Positions 49,733 to 60,441 are shown, counted from the first letter of the stretch. The stretch is 64,000 nucleotides of DNA from an uncultured Phycisphaerales bacterium (GCA_964464495.1 CAYXGI010000002.1:10558-74557); one strand, 5' to 3'. Notes: a model not told the origin generated them from the sequence alone. Program-made: numbers and translations.

Positions 49733-51694
49733 TCAGTGAGATTCTTCGTCTTTTTGAAAGGCATACTTTTCATCCATGGCGGATCTGAGCAGGGTGATGA
49801 GATCGGGATCCTCCTCAGTGCCGCTTGTCCAGACAGCGTGCGCCTTGACCGACGTTTTCAGGCATTCGATGGAAGGCGCATAGAATCCTCTCGGTTGCAC
49901 CACGATCGCTCCCGCACCTCCGGAAAAACAGTCGGCCCAGCCGCCTATCCCCGACAAACCGGCGACGAAGGAAATCTCGGGATCGATGAGAGCGGCGTAG
50001 AGAGCGGCCTGTGCGGCGCACGGACCACGACCGATCACTCCTACCACGGGCACGTGGGCTCCCACCACGGGTACATGGCGTTTCAAAATGGCCGCTGCGC
50101 GAGCAACGTCCCATCCCTGGGCAAAGGGAACCGCCGTGCCGAGGTAGGCCATGAGCCGCCCATCTATCTTCTCGAACTCCCCTGTTCCGCGCACGTCGAT
50201 GGCGAGGCACTCGATGCCGGCGGCGAGAAGCGCGTCGACCGGCATCGATCGCATCGCGTCATGCTTGCCTCCATCAGAGATGAGCACGACAGCGCCGAGC
50301 GTCTCTCCGGGAGGAAGTCTCACGATTCCCGGGATCGTCAAGCCCGGTTCCGATTCGAAACAGAGCGCCTCGCCGGACTCTTCCAACGGGGAGCGCACTA
50401 TCTTCGAGGGATCGATCTCCCCGTCGGGAAGACCGCCATTGAGAGCAACGACAGCGTCAAAGAAGAGTTCTCCTTCCGAACAGCTCTGCGCCGCCGCGAT
50501 CTGAGCCATGGTAAGAAGCCGATCGGGCGGTTCGGGAAGACAGAGGTACTCGCGCGCGTCGACGGACGCTGTGGCGATCTCCCCCTCGGGAACAGGCTCC
50601 CCAACGCCAACGCCCTTGAGGTGTTTGTTGAAAAATCCCAGCGCCGCCTCGCGCATGGCGCGGTTGTAGTCATGGCCGCTTTCGAAGATTTGCCAGCGCG
50701 CGTTATGCCTCGCATTGAAGAGAGACCAGATCTTTTCAATCTTTTCTCCGGTCCGCCGCGTACCGTCAGCCGGAAACTCCGGATCGTTGCTCGCGCCAAT
50801 GACGAACAATGGTGCCGGAGCACGGATCGCCAGGACGTCGGAACGGTCACCGACCTGGAGGACGCCGGGAACATGATTGCACGCACAGCCATTGTGGGGA
50901 TTCACTTCCATACTGGTGGCATAGCAGACCGGCACGGCACAGGTGAATCGCTCGTCGGCGGCGAAAGCGTAGAGCGTGGCGAGCCCACCGCCCGAAGCCC
51001 CGGTGAGGCCCACACGGGAGAGATCCGCCTCGGGCCGCGTGGCGAGATAGTCGAGGCCGCGCATCAGATCCCAGACATAGACGGTCGTGGCGTTCGTTGC
51101 GCCCTGGATGAGGGCGAAGTCGAAGTGACTTCCCGCCCATCGCCGTTCGATGAGCGCATCTCGTTCGAAGCTCTCTCCCGGTGAATCGACGACGAGGACC
51201 ACGTATCCGGCACGAGCCTGGGCGATGGCGCGCTTCTGAACACGCGGTTCCATCTTCTTGTCGCGCCAGTGACCGTGCGGATTGACAATGACAGGAAGCG
51301 GATGCTCGACGGCGGCCAGAGGCAAATAAAGATGGGCGGTGACCGGAAATCGGGGCCGGCTCTCGAAGACGATTTTCTCCACACGATAGCCATCGCCTTG
51401 GATCACACCGGTCACCCGGGCGTTGAGGGGAGTTCGATCCGGGAGCGGATCGAGACCGAGGCAGCGCATCAATTGCTTCTTCTGCGCCGGCCGTTGCCTC
51501 TCAAACGCCTCCCGTGTCGACGGAATGGGACGAGCCGCGGCTGCCTTGGCTTTCTTCTCGAGGAAGGACTGTAACATGGCTGGTGCCTTGCCGCCGAGCA
51601 CGGTGACGTCCGTCTCAGCCTGGCCCGCCTCGTCTTCCGTCGTGATCGGGCCTCCGGCAAAGAGAAGCAGCAAGAGCAGCGCGCCCGCTTTCAT
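49733..51694 (-). CDS. Secreted acetylxylan-esterase/dienelactone-hydrolase-like alpha/beta hydrolase
   Basis: [35 protein letters not shown] nucleophile elbow, GHDYN; second degenerate hydrolase domain. Confidence 0.88.
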   Translation of the reverse strand: MKAGALLLLLLFAGGPITTEDEAGQAETDVTVLGGKAPAMLQSFLEKKAKAAAARPIPSTREAFERQRPAQKKQLMRCLGLDPLPDRTPLNARVTGVIQGDGYRVEKIVFESRPRFPVTAHLYLPLAAVEHPLPVIVNPHGHWRDKKMEPRVQKRAIAQARAGYVVLVVDSPGESFERDALIERRWAGSHFDFALIQGATNATTVYVWDLMRGLDYLATRPEADLSRVGLTGASGGGLATLYAFAADERFTCAVPVCYATSMEVNPHNGCACNHVPGVLQVGDRSDVLAIRAPAPLFVIGASNDPEFPADGTRRTGEKIEKIWSLFNARHNARWQIFESGHDYNRAMREAALGFFNKHLKGVGVGEPVPEGEIATASVDAREYLCLPEPPDRLLTMAQIAAAQSCSEGELFFDAVVALNGGLPDGEIDPSKIVRSPLEESGEALCFESEPGLTIPGIVRLPPGETLGAVVLISDGGKHDAMRSMPVDALLAAGIECLAIDVRGTGEFEKIDGRLMAYLGTAVPFAQGWDVARAAAILKRHVPVVGAHVPVVGVIGRGPCAAQAALYAALIDPEISFVAGLSGIGGWADCFSGGAGAIVVQPRGFYAPSIECLKTSVKAHAVWTSGTEEDPDLITLLRSAMDEKYAFQKDEESH

Positions 51695-52092
51695 CCCGCC
51701 ACCACCTTGACCAGCACCTTGCGCGTACGGGGCCCGTCAAAATCGCAGAAGTAGACACCCTGCCAGGTGCCGAGCCGCATCCGGCCTTCCTCGACCGGGA
51801 TAACCGCTGTCGCCCCCATGAGGGACGCTTTCACATGGGCGGCACTGTTTCCCTCGGAGTGGGCATACCCCCCCTCCCAGGGAACAATGCGGTCGAGCAC
51901 GTTGATGATGTCGTGCTGAACCGACGGATCGGCATTCTCGTTGATCGTCACGCCCGCCGTGGTGTGCGGCACGTAGACGTAGCACAGACCGCTCTCCACA
52001 CCGCTCGCAGCCACCACCGCGCCGACCTGAGCGCTGATGTCGACAAAATCGGTACGGCCCCCCGTGCGGATCGAAAGACGCTGGGAGATCAT
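51691..52092 (-). CDS. YjbQ/UPF0047-family protein (copy 2)
   Basis: PHTTAGVTINENADPSV, EGNSAAHVKASLMG, LGTWQGVYFCDFDGPR. Confidence 0.93.
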   Translation of the reverse strand: MISQRLSIRTGGRTDFVDISAQVGAVVAASGVESGLCYVYVPHTTAGVTINENADPSVQHDIINVLDRIVPWEGGYAHSEGNSAAHVKASLMGATAVIPVEEGRMRLGTWQGVYFCDFDGPRTRKVLVKVVAG

Positions 52093-52324
52093 GCTCCCCC
52101 CTTTCTCGAAGTAGAACTAAAAACCTGATAGAGTGTTCCTGATGAAAGCCACGCCGAACTCATGGCCGCGTCTCAGACCGGTCTTTCCCAGACGGCGATG
52201 AGTGGATCTTGAACTCTCTCGCGGCAATGATAGCCTGACAAGGTCGGTTTTTACAGAATCACTGGAACAGTGCGGGTCCGAAAAAAGGATTTCTTCGATC
52301 TGCCGGCCCGCGAGAGAGAGGCGC

Positions 52325-54445
52325 ATGATGAAGAAAATCACACTCCACTTTCTTGTCCTCTTCGTTCTCCTTCCCGCTTTTTCGTTGGGCGAGGAGTCGG
52401 ATGCGCTCGACGAGGCTCTCGGCCTCGTGGGAATGGCGCGCGCCGACCTGGGCTGGACGCCCAAGGCGTGGTGGCCGCGCTTTCCTGTGGCGCCTTACAA
52501 GCTGCGTGCCTTCGATTCCCTCTTTGCGGCGCCTCTCGATACGGTGGCTTTCACGCGCGCTCTAAGTGCGACAGCCTACAGAAATCTCGATCCCGCCGAG
52601 CTCGACAAAAACCAGGGACGCGCGAGTCGCAACCTCTTCCTCGCGGTGCAAGCACTCGGCATCGATCCCAAGTTCGGTGGATTTCGTGGTTATGCAACCA
52701 ACCTCCTTGCGCCTGAGAAACCGCTCGACGAAGCGATTCTCGATCTGATCGCGGCCTCGGGCCATCCCACGAAGATCCACACCTTCGGCATGGACCTCCC
52801 CTATCCGACTCCACACGAGGGTCTCGCGGCGCAAGTGGGCTCCCTACCCGCCCCGGTGAGCAAGATCGTGGGGCGCCTCGTGCTCAACATCGTGGACGCT
52901 CATCACTGGGCGGAACTCGCCTTTCGAAATGTGGACGGAAAGGACAGAACCAAGGTGGCGCGCCGTTTCGACGTGGGCGAGGAGATGATCGATGCCTACG
53001 ATTTCGCGCCCGAGATCGACGACATGGCGCGCACCTTCGACGAGGCAAGCCTCTGGTATGCGGCGCAGAAGTGTGTGCAAGGCCTCGACGACGCGCGCGT
53101 GGCCCTCGCGGCGGTCGACCTCGGGGAGATTGCGGCATTGAGCTTCGACTGGGAGACCCCCTGGGGTTGGATCAGGATCCGCGGCTCGGGCAACGATTCG
53201 GTCGACGGCCACGATGCACTGCTCCTCGTCGATCTCGGCGGCGATGACAGGTACCTGGGAGGCGTGGCCGCGTCCACGGCGGACCGTCCGATCGGACTCG
53301 TTCTCGACATGGGCGGCAACGACTTCTACGAGTCGAATGAGCCCGCCCAGGGCGCCGGGCTCTGCGGTGTGGGGCTCCTGATCGATGTGGCGGGCGACGA
53401 CACCTACAAGGGCAGCCGCTACGCGCAAGGCGTGGGACAGTTCGGACTCGGCCTTCTTGCCGACCTAGGCGGCAATGATATGTACTACAATGGCTTCAGC
53501 GGACAGGGATGCGGCTACTTCGGGATCGGCCTCCTCTTCGATTGCGCCGGAAGCGATATCTATTCTCTCATGGCTGACGGACAGGGACTGGGCGGCGTCT
53601 CCGGTGTGGGCGTTCTGGCTGACCGGGATGGAAACGACATGTACACCGCGGTGCGCGAACACTCGGTCACCGGCCGGCCCTCCTATCATTCGCCGGAGCT
53701 CGATGTGGGCGTTTCCAATGCCCAGGGCTGCGGCATGGGCCGCCGCGGCGATGGCGCCGACGGCCACTGCTGGGCGGGAGGGCTGGGCGCCCTGCTCGAC
53801 GGCGGGGGTGACGATATCTACCGTTCGGGAAACTGGGCGATGGGCACGGGGTACTGGTTCGGGATCGGCCTTCTTCACGACCGCAGCGGCAATGACGTCT
53901 ATCACGGTGTGGCTTACACGCAGGCCACGGGCGCTCACTTCTGTATCGGGGTCATGATCGACGAGGCGGGCGACGACCAGCACCTCGCCGAGGAGAACTC
54001 CACGCTCAGCATCGCGTGGGCCCACGATTTCACGATCGCCATCCTGATCGACAGCGCCGGCGACGACCTCTATCGTGTCAACAAGAACGGCCTCGCCTAT
54101 TCGATCAACCGGAGCGTGGCGCTCCTCGTCGACGGCAGCGGCGACGATACCTACGAGAGCGGCGATCTGGTTCGTCCGGGATTCGCCCAGAACAACACGA
54201 GTTTCCGTGCACGCGACGGGGTGTCGACCTACTTCGGGCAGACCACGTCGATCGGCTGCTTTCTCGATCTGGACGGACTCGATTCTTACTTCGGTGGTCT
54301 GCAGAACGACACGCACTGGCTCGATCCCGACGACTCGCCCAACTGGATTGATCGAAACTTCTCCGTCGGTGTCGATCGCAGCGATGGCCGGGTCGACTTC
54401 AGGCCCACCCCGGTCCGGCCACCGTCTCGACCGCGCCGCAAGTAA
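52325..54445 (+). CDS. Secreted hypothetical protein with about 12 G-x-G-L-L-x-D-x-x-G-x-D-x-Y repeats
   Basis: Signal peptide from ATG 52325/52328; repeats read directly in the translation. Confidence 0.85.
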   Translation: MMKKITLHFLVLFVLLPAFSLGEESDALDEALGLVGMARADLGWTPKAWWPRFPVAPYKLRAFDSLFAAPLDTVAFTRALSATAYRNLDPAELDKNQGRASRNLFLAVQALGIDPKFGGFRGYATNLLAPEKPLDEAILDLIAASGHPTKIHTFGMDLPYPTPHEGLAAQVGSLPAPVSKIVGRLVLNIVDAHHWAELAFRNVDGKDRTKVARRFDVGEEMIDAYDFAPEIDDMARTFDEASLWYAAQKCVQGLDDARVALAAVDLGEIAALSFDWETPWGWIRIRGSGNDSVDGHDALLLVDLGGDDRYLGGVAASTADRPIGLVLDMGGNDFYESNEPAQGAGLCGVGLLIDVAGDDTYKGSRYAQGVGQFGLGLLADLGGNDMYYNGFSGQGCGYFGIGLLFDCAGSDIYSLMADGQGLGGVSGVGVLADRDGNDMYTAVREHSVTGRPSYHSPELDVGVSNAQGCGMGRRGDGADGHCWAGGLGALLDGGGDDIYRSGNWAMGTGYWFGIGLLHDRSGNDVYHGVAYTQATGAHFCIGVMIDEAGDDQHLAEENSTLSIAWAHDFTIAILIDSAGDDLYRVNKNGLAYSINRSVALLVDGSGDDTYESGDLVRPGFAQNNTSFRARDGVSTYFGQTTSIGCFLDLDGLDSYFGGLQNDTHWLDPDDSPNWIDRNFSVGVDRSDGRVDFRPTPVRPPSRPRRK

Positions 54446-54470
54446 GTGAGGACAGAAAGGCACTGACACG

Positions 54471-55043
54471 ATGGGAAGAATGGCCATGAAATATTTACCG
54501 CTCACCAAGAAACGGTGGAAGGACTTCGAGAAACTCTTCGGCCCGCGCGGCGCCTACAGCGGCTGCTGGTGCATGTGGTGGCGCCTGAAACGGAGCGAGT
54601 TCGAAAAGCAGCAAGGAGAGGGCAACCGTCGCGCCATGAAGGCGATCGTCGAATCAGGAAAGATCCCGGGCATCCTCGCCTATTCGGGAAGCGAGCCGGT
54701 GGCGTGGTGTTCGGTGGCGCCAAGGGATGACTACGCCTCGCTGAACCGCTCCAGGATCCTCAAGAAACTCGACGACACGTCGGTCTGGTCGATCGTCTGC
54801 TTCTTCGTCGCAAAGGAGTACCGAAGGCAAGGTGTGATACAGGGACTCATCGAGGGCGCCGTCGACTATGTGCGCCGCTGCGGCGGCCGGGTGATCGAGG
54901 CATACCCGACGGTGCCCAGGAGCGACAAGGTTCCACCCGTGTCGAGTTTCATGGGCTTTCCGGCTCTGTTCGAGCGAGCGGGATTCGCCGAATGCACCCG
55001 ACCCTCTCCGAGCAAGCGCATCGTGCGCTACACTATCGAATAG
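54471..55043 (+). CDS. GNAT-family acetyltransferase
   Basis: GCWCMWWR, PVAWCSVAPR, WSIVCFFVAKEYRRQGV, IEAYP, FERAGF. Confidence 0.92.
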   Translation: MGRMAMKYLPLTKKRWKDFEKLFGPRGAYSGCWCMWWRLKRSEFEKQQGEGNRRAMKAIVESGKIPGILAYSGSEPVAWCSVAPRDDYASLNRSRILKKLDDTSVWSIVCFFVAKEYRRQGVIQGLIEGAVDYVRRCGGRVIEAYPTVPRSDKVPPVSSFMGFPALFERAGFAECTRPSPSKRIVRYTIE

Positions 55044-55099
55044 AGATCGGCTCCGAGCTCTCGACTATAAGAGGGGAATGTCGGGATGAGGCGCGGTTC

Positions 55100-56932
55100 T
55101 CAGAAAATCTTCTCCACCCGATGAGTTCTTCCGGCGAGCAGCGATCCCTCGTCGATGAGATTCTTCGAGAGGTAGATAAGGCCTTCGTCGGAATGCGTCT
55201 CCGTGACCTTGACGTGCAAAGACCTGATACCACCCAGCCAGCGCCGGCCGTCGGCCACGTAGACCAGGTCGCCGACTTCGGCCGCCAGACGATCGAGCAT
55301 CTTCTCCGTTAGGGCGATTCCATCGAGTCCATCTCTCGGTTCGAGGCGCCCCACAACATCCCTTCCCGGCGTTTCGTTCACCTTGCCGCCCTTGTATTTC
55401 TCCTTACCGCGATTGATCGTCCCGATCACCAGGCCCTCGATCTCGGCAAGCGGCTTCGGGCGCGTGAACAGGGTGACAGTCACGCCGATGGCAAGCGAGC
55501 CCGCGAGCCCGTATAGAGCTCGCATGAACTTGAATCCGCCCGCAGGATCGACGCCGTGCGCGAAGGGTGAAATCAGGACCGGCCAGCGGATCGATGCCGC
55601 CACGAGAATCAGGCCACCGGCGAGGGTCCAGAAGGCGGCGCGCGGCGTGTAGCGTTTCCAGAAAGCGCCGAGCACGATGGCGACCACCATGGGCGGCGTG
55701 ACCGCGGCGGTGAACCATGCATGGGCCTGGTAGATCGAGTTGAATGACGCGAAGAGCGGCACGAGCGCGATTCCCACTCCGGCCGATGAAAGGGAAACAA
55801 TCCGCGCCACCTTGAGGTAGTGGCGGTCAGGCGCGGAGCGCTTGAAGTAGGGTTTGTAGATGTCGTTCACGGTCACGGCCGACACCGCGTTGATCAACGT
55901 GTCCACCGTCGACATGAGCGCCGCCGTGAGCGCTGCCATGACAAAACCAAAGAGGCCCGGTACGCAGACCTTGTCGGCCACGGCCACGAAGATGTGGTCC
56001 GCGTTTGTACCGGCGGGCAGGATGCCGGCCGACACCATCGACCGGCCGAGCCAGCCGGCATTGGCGATCGCCAGGGTGGCGAGCGGCATGAGAACGAGGA
56101 GAAGGACGGTGAAGGCTTTCTTCCCCTCGCGCGCGCTTTTCAACGAGAGGAAGCGCAAGATGAATCCCTGGTTCATCATGTAGAGGGCGATGTTGTTGGC
56201 CACGCCGTCCTGCCAGAATATGCCCGAGAAGTGGAAGGAGTGCGGCTCGTTGAAGGACGCGAAGGGAAGTCTGTGCGCCGGCGGCAATCCCGCCCAGAAA
56301 GAGTCCCACCCCCCGAGTGCGTGCAGACCGAGGCCGAAGAGGATGAGCCCTGCCACGAGGAGGATCACCCCCTGGGCGAGATCGGTCATGATCACCGACG
56401 TTTGCCCCCCGGCGGTGACATAGACCGCGCAGACCACGGCCACCACCACGGCCGACCAGAATGGATCGGTTCCGAGCATCGCCTCGAGCGCCACACCCAT
56501 GGTGAAGAGGTTGATGCCGATGTAGCCCACCATGTAGAGCATGATGATGATCGTGGCCATGAGCCGGGTGGGGCTGTCGAATCTTTTTTGAAAGTACTCG
56601 GGAATGCTGACGCACCGGGAGAAATAGATGATCGGGAACCACCCGAAGAGCAGGATCGTCATCACGATCCAGTCGTTGAGATAAGTCATCGACGACGACA
56701 TGCCGTAACGATAGCCCGCCGCCGAGTACTTGATGAAGCTGTACGAGCCCACAATGGACGCCACGTAGCTGAACGCCACCAGCCACCAGGAGAACCGCTG
56801 GCCGCCGAAAAAGAAGTCCTTCGTGGAACGGGTGAATCGCGCAAAGAATGCCCCGAAAGCGAAGATCGCCACGAAGTAGCCCACGATGATGCCGTAGTCG
56901 AGCTTGGTGCCGATGATGGTCGTCGTTTCCAC
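55100..56932 (-). CDS. Sodium:solute symporter (SSS family) with cytoplasmic C-terminal extension
   Basis: DFFFGGQRFSWW, SIPEYFQKRF, YVTAGGQTSVIMTD, AALMST.D..IN. Confidence 0.92.
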   Translation of the reverse strand: METTTIIGTKLDYGIIVGYFVAIFAFGAFFARFTRSTKDFFFGGQRFSWWLVAFSYVASIVGSYSFIKYSAAGYRYGMSSSMTYLNDWIVMTILLFGWFPIIYFSRCVSIPEYFQKRFDSPTRLMATIIIMLYMVGYIGINLFTMGVALEAMLGTDPFWSAVVVAVVCAVYVTAGGQTSVIMTDLAQGVILLVAGLILFGLGLHALGGWDSFWAGLPPAHRLPFASFNEPHSFHFSGIFWQDGVANNIALYMMNQGFILRFLSLKSAREGKKAFTVLLLVLMPLATLAIANAGWLGRSMVSAGILPAGTNADHIFVAVADKVCVPGLFGFVMAALTAALMSTVDTLINAVSAVTVNDIYKPYFKRSAPDRHYLKVARIVSLSSAGVGIALVPLFASFNSIYQAHAWFTAAVTPPMVVAIVLGAFWKRYTPRAAFWTLAGGLILVAASIRWPVLISPFAHGVDPAGGFKFMRALYGLAGSLAIGVTVTLFTRPKPLAEIEGLVIGTINRGKEKYKGGKVNETPGRDVVGRLEPRDGLDGIALTEKMLDRLAAEVGDLVYVADGRRWLGGIRSLHVKVTETHSDEGLIYLSKNLIDEGSLLAGRTHRVEKIF

Positions 56933-57133
56933 CTATCCGCCTCCGGAAGCGACGATCTGCCAGACGAGGTGGCCGCAGAAATAAAAGGCGAAGATGGAAA
57001 TCACGAAGTAAGTGGTGAGCCGGTCGTAAACGTTCTTCCACGAGTAATCACCCGACCGCCAGGCGATCACCAGCCCCGCAAGGAAGATGATCCCCCCCAC
57101 CGCATACTGATAAACAAAACTCTCCCAGTTCAA
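56933..57133 (-). CDS. Small two-TM membrane protein abutting the SSS gene
   Basis: Two hydrophobic helices; stop codon directly adjacent to the SSS start; TTG start. Confidence 0.75.
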   Translation of the reverse strand: MNWESFVYQYAVGGIIFLAGLVIAWRSGDYSWKNVYDRLTTYFVISIFAFYFCGHLVWQIVASGGG

Positions 57134-57157
57134 AGGTAACTCCCGATCAGCACCCCT

Positions 57158-59098
57158 CTATGAAAGGCCGAACACCTCCACCACCATGACAGCCACCCCC
57201 ATCAGGGCCGACCCCGCGATCAGGCCGGAGCTTATCGATTCTTGATTCTGGACCACCACCTCGTTGACCCGCTGTTCGGGCCGGGGATAGAGCCTCGCCA
57301 CGAGCCAGAACGCAAAGGCACCGAGAAACATGGAGAGACAGATCGTGAAGGGAATCATGAAAGCCAGTCCGATCCCCACCGGCGTGAGCGGAAACTTTCC
57401 CTTGGCGCGGATCCGGATGAGCTCGAGAACGATCCCGAGGAGCCCGCCGATCACCGTGGCGTAGATCGCCGATTCAGGAAGATTGCTGAGCCCCTTGGTG
57501 AGGACCTCGGCCACGGCCTTCCAGACCGTGGCAGCCGGATAGGGAAATTGCTCGTTGATCAATCCCGCCGGGTTGTTTCTCAGGAAGAGCGGGTAGAAGA
57601 CGAGCACCGAGAAAATCGCACCCGAGAAGGCGCCGATCACATGGCCGATCGCCTGGAGGCGCGGCTTGGCGCCGAGCATGTAGCCGGGCTTGATGTTCTG
57701 GATCAGGTTCGACGCGCTTCCCGACACCTCGGCGGTGATCCCCGCCGTGGCGATGTTGGTCGTGATGTTACCCGGCGCCAGAACACCGTAGGTGAGCTGC
57801 GTGAGCTTGCCGAGCGGTCCTGTCGGTGTGATCGAAGTGATCGCCGTGGCATTGACGCCGATCAGCGTGAAGATGAACACCATGGGGATCGCGATGATCC
57901 CCATCAAGAAACTGACCCCGAAGAACCAGTGGGCGATGAACACGATGTATGCACCCACGATGAAAGCACCCACGACCGAGACCTTGACGGGCAGCTCGAT
58001 GTGGGCGAGGCAGTCCTCTTTGCGCTTGTTCTTTTTCCCGAAAATCCCGCCGAATACGCTCAGGAGGACCTGGGGCTTGGCAAAGAAGCTGAGCAGCGAC
58101 GCCGTGGTCATCATGGCCACACCGCTCCAGAGCGACCACTTCGTGATCTCTGTGAAGCCCACACTCATGACGCCGTCAGCGCTCACCGTGGAAACGATGT
58201 CACCCGCCCCGACCATGATCGGCGCGAGGATGCAGTAATTGACCACCCCCCCCACGAGAAGCGACAGCCCCGCGTTGATCCCGATCAGCCCCCCCACGCC
58301 GAACATGGCGAGGTCGAGGGTGGGACGCACGGTGAGCTCCTTGAGCGGGATGCCATTGATATTCGGCATCCACCAGCCGAACTTCTCCACGAGACAGTAG
58401 TACCACTCGTCGAGGAGTTCTGGGAGTGCAAGGAATCCGGCCTTGATCGTTGCGAAGATCGAGTGCGACTGCCAGAGCTTGATCAGCGCACCTGCCAGAC
58501 CGGTGATCAGGAGAAGCCGTGCCGGCAGGTGGGCCCTATGATTTTTCGTCTCGCCCGACTCCTCACTGTGCAGGGTGTCGAGAACCACTCCGGCCGCGCG
58601 CCCCTCGGGAAAGGGCATCTGCTCCTCGTTGATGAAACGTCTCTTCAAGGGGAATGCAAACAGAACGCCCATCACGTTCAGACCGATGAGCCACATGACC
58701 ATCTGCCACCAGGGAACGACCGAATCGGTGATGATCATGTAGGCCGCCATGCTCGCGATCATGGGAGCGTTCATGTACCCCGCGTTGCAGGCGATCGACT
58801 GGAGAATGTTGTTTTCCAGGACATGGTAGTTTGCGCCGAGGCCGATTCTGCTGAGCGTCTTGAAGATCACGAAGGCGAGGATCACCGCCGTGATCGCCGT
58901 GCCGAGCGCCCAACCCGTCCTCGCCCCGATGTAGAGGTTGCAGATCGACAGGACACCGCCGAGCAGGAATCCGCTGATCACCACGCGCGGCGTGAACTGG
59001 CGCACGTCGCCCTGGTAGACGTTTTCGAGCCACCAGCGATCCTTCTCCTCGGACGACATGGTCTGGATCTGTTCGTCGGTCAGCTGTTTGATCACCAC
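57158..59098 (-). CDS. OPT-family oligopeptide/metal-chelate transporter
   Basis: NLYIGARTGW, ENNILQSIA, FPEGRAAG.VL, GPLGKLTQL, KPGYMLGA.PR.Q, SGLIAG; start approximate. Confidence 0.93.
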   Translation of the reverse strand: MVIKQLTDEQIQTMSSEEKDRWWLENVYQGDVRQFTPRVVISGFLLGGVLSICNLYIGARTGWALGTAITAVILAFVIFKTLSRIGLGANYHVLENNILQSIACNAGYMNAPMIASMAAYMIITDSVVPWWQMVMWLIGLNVMGVLFAFPLKRRFINEEQMPFPEGRAAGVVLDTLHSEESGETKNHRAHLPARLLLITGLAGALIKLWQSHSIFATIKAGFLALPELLDEWYYCLVEKFGWWMPNINGIPLKELTVRPTLDLAMFGVGGLIGINAGLSLLVGGVVNYCILAPIMVGAGDIVSTVSADGVMSVGFTEITKWSLWSGVAMMTTASLLSFFAKPQVLLSVFGGIFGKKNKRKEDCLAHIELPVKVSVVGAFIVGAYIVFIAHWFFGVSFLMGIIAIPMVFIFTLIGVNATAITSITPTGPLGKLTQLTYGVLAPGNITTNIATAGITAEVSGSASNLIQNIKPGYMLGAKPRLQAIGHVIGAFSGAIFSVLVFYPLFLRNNPAGLINEQFPYPAATVWKAVAEVLTKGLSNLPESAIYATVIGGLLGIVLELIRIRAKGKFPLTPVGIGLAFMIPFTICLSMFLGAFAFWLVARLYPRPEQRVNEVVVQNQESISSGLIAGSALMGVAVMVVEVFGLS

Positions 59099-59152
59099 GG
59101 TTCGCTCCCATTCTGACAGGAAAGGCAAAGATCGATCACGTCGAGGATCGGA

Positions 59153-59974
59153 TCAATGTTCGGCAGTTTCATAGCGCGCATAGAAGGCGCTGTCCTCGTT
59201 CCTGATGCGCGTCAGAAGTTCCTCGTCGAGGCTCTCGCGCCACTTGAAGTTGGCGCTCTCGAAACGCTCCGGAATAGAAGCCGCGAATCGGTCGCCGAAG
59301 CGCAGGCCGCAGTCGCCGGCCAGGCGCCGGAGCAGCGTGCGCGGCTCGTTGCAGAGTTCCTCGTACGACGCTCTGAAGACGCGGCCCTCGAGCTCGGCCG
59401 CCTCCTTCTCGATGGCGAGGGTTGCCACGCGAAACTGGCGCGCCGCGGTCACGGCATGAGGCAGATCGACCATGTCGCGCCACCCTGGGATGTAGACGCC
59501 GAACCAGCCCCCGCCCCGTCCCGTGCGCTTGACCTTCCGGTTGAGTGTGGAATTCACCACGGCGCGCCAGTCGCGCGACATGTGAACGAAGAGCGCGTCG
59601 GGAAAGATGGCGTTGATCCACTGCATGCGGAGCGAGAGGCGGGGGTACTTGGCAACGAAACGGTCGGCCTTGCGCAGGCGGAGCACCCGTTCCACGAGTC
59701 GCCTGTACCAGTCGATCGCCGCGGGGGGGGCGTCGGCCGCCCCCATGGTGTCTTCCATGCCCTTCTTGAAGAAATCCCAAACGGATTGGGCCTCCACGGG
59801 GAAATCGGGCTTGAAAAGTCCCGTCAGGAGATGGGCCACCCCCGGAAGGCGGGGCAGCCGCTTGTTCATCGGCGTGAGATAACCCACGTCGTGATGGCGC
59901 CCCAGAAGCCGGTAGAGAAGGGTTGTGCCGCTCCGGTGCGGTCCCACGATAAAAATCGGTCGGTCGACGGTCAT
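59153..59974 (-). CDS. Sulfotransferase family protein
   Basis: PIFIVGPHRSGTTLL 5'-PSB motif; K.PR, FPDALFVH..RD.RAV..S; YEELC..P; GGAGGA RBS. Confidence 0.9.
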   Translation of the reverse strand: MTVDRPIFIVGPHRSGTTLLYRLLGRHHDVGYLTPMNKRLPRLPGVAHLLTGLFKPDFPVEAQSVWDFFKKGMEDTMGAADAPPAAIDWYRRLVERVLRLRKADRFVAKYPRLSLRMQWINAIFPDALFVHMSRDWRAVVNSTLNRKVKRTGRGGGWFGVYIPGWRDMVDLPHAVTAARQFRVATLAIEKEAAELEGRVFRASYEELCNEPRTLLRRLAGDCGLRFGDRFAASIPERFESANFKWRESLDEELLTRIRNEDSAFYARYETAEH

Positions 59975-60085
59975 CGTTCCTCCGGGAACCAAGATTTCTT
60001 TCGGACCACTATATCGAATTGAACTGCCCCGGCAAGGGAAGGTCCCTTTCAATTCCGATTCTGTTCGTGATATAGTTTTTTCACT

Positions 60086-60120
60086 CCGACAGGCTTTGTC
60101 GGACCGACAGGCTTTGTCGG
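60086..60120. repeat. Tandem duplication of the 17-bp palindrome CCGACA-GGCTT-TGTCGG (18-bp period)
   Basis: Two exact copies at 60086-60102 and 60104-60120, between divergent genes. Confidence 0.9.
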
Positions 60121-60153
60121 ATTGAAACCGATCTTAACGGCTGGGAGGTCTCC

Positions 60154-60441
60154 ATGGGTGATGAATCGGAAATCGCGGTTCTTGAAACCGCGTCCAATCC
60201 CTTCGTGGCGCAGATGATCGCCGAAGCGCTCAAGAGTCATGGCATCGCGGCCTATGTGGAGGGGATCTCGCTGATCGACGAATTCGCCATGTCGCAGAAG
60301 GCGATGGGACTGACCAGCGTCGACATTCAAGTCCACCGCGACCGTCTCGACGAAGCGCGCGAGATCCTGGCCGCCCTCCGTGAGGCGGGAAAGCTCATGG
60401 CCGACGAAGCCGAGAAGGAAGACAAGGACGATCACGACTGA
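60154..60441 (+). CDS. DUF2007-like (putative signal-transducing) small protein
   Basis: GGGAGG RBS; A.N.F.AQMI..AL.SHGI.A.V...IQV......EAREIL. Confidence 0.85.
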   Translation: MGDESEIAVLETASNPFVAQMIAEALKSHGIAAYVEGISLIDEFAMSQKAMGLTSVDIQVHRDRLDEAREILAALREAGKLMADEAEKEDKDDHD

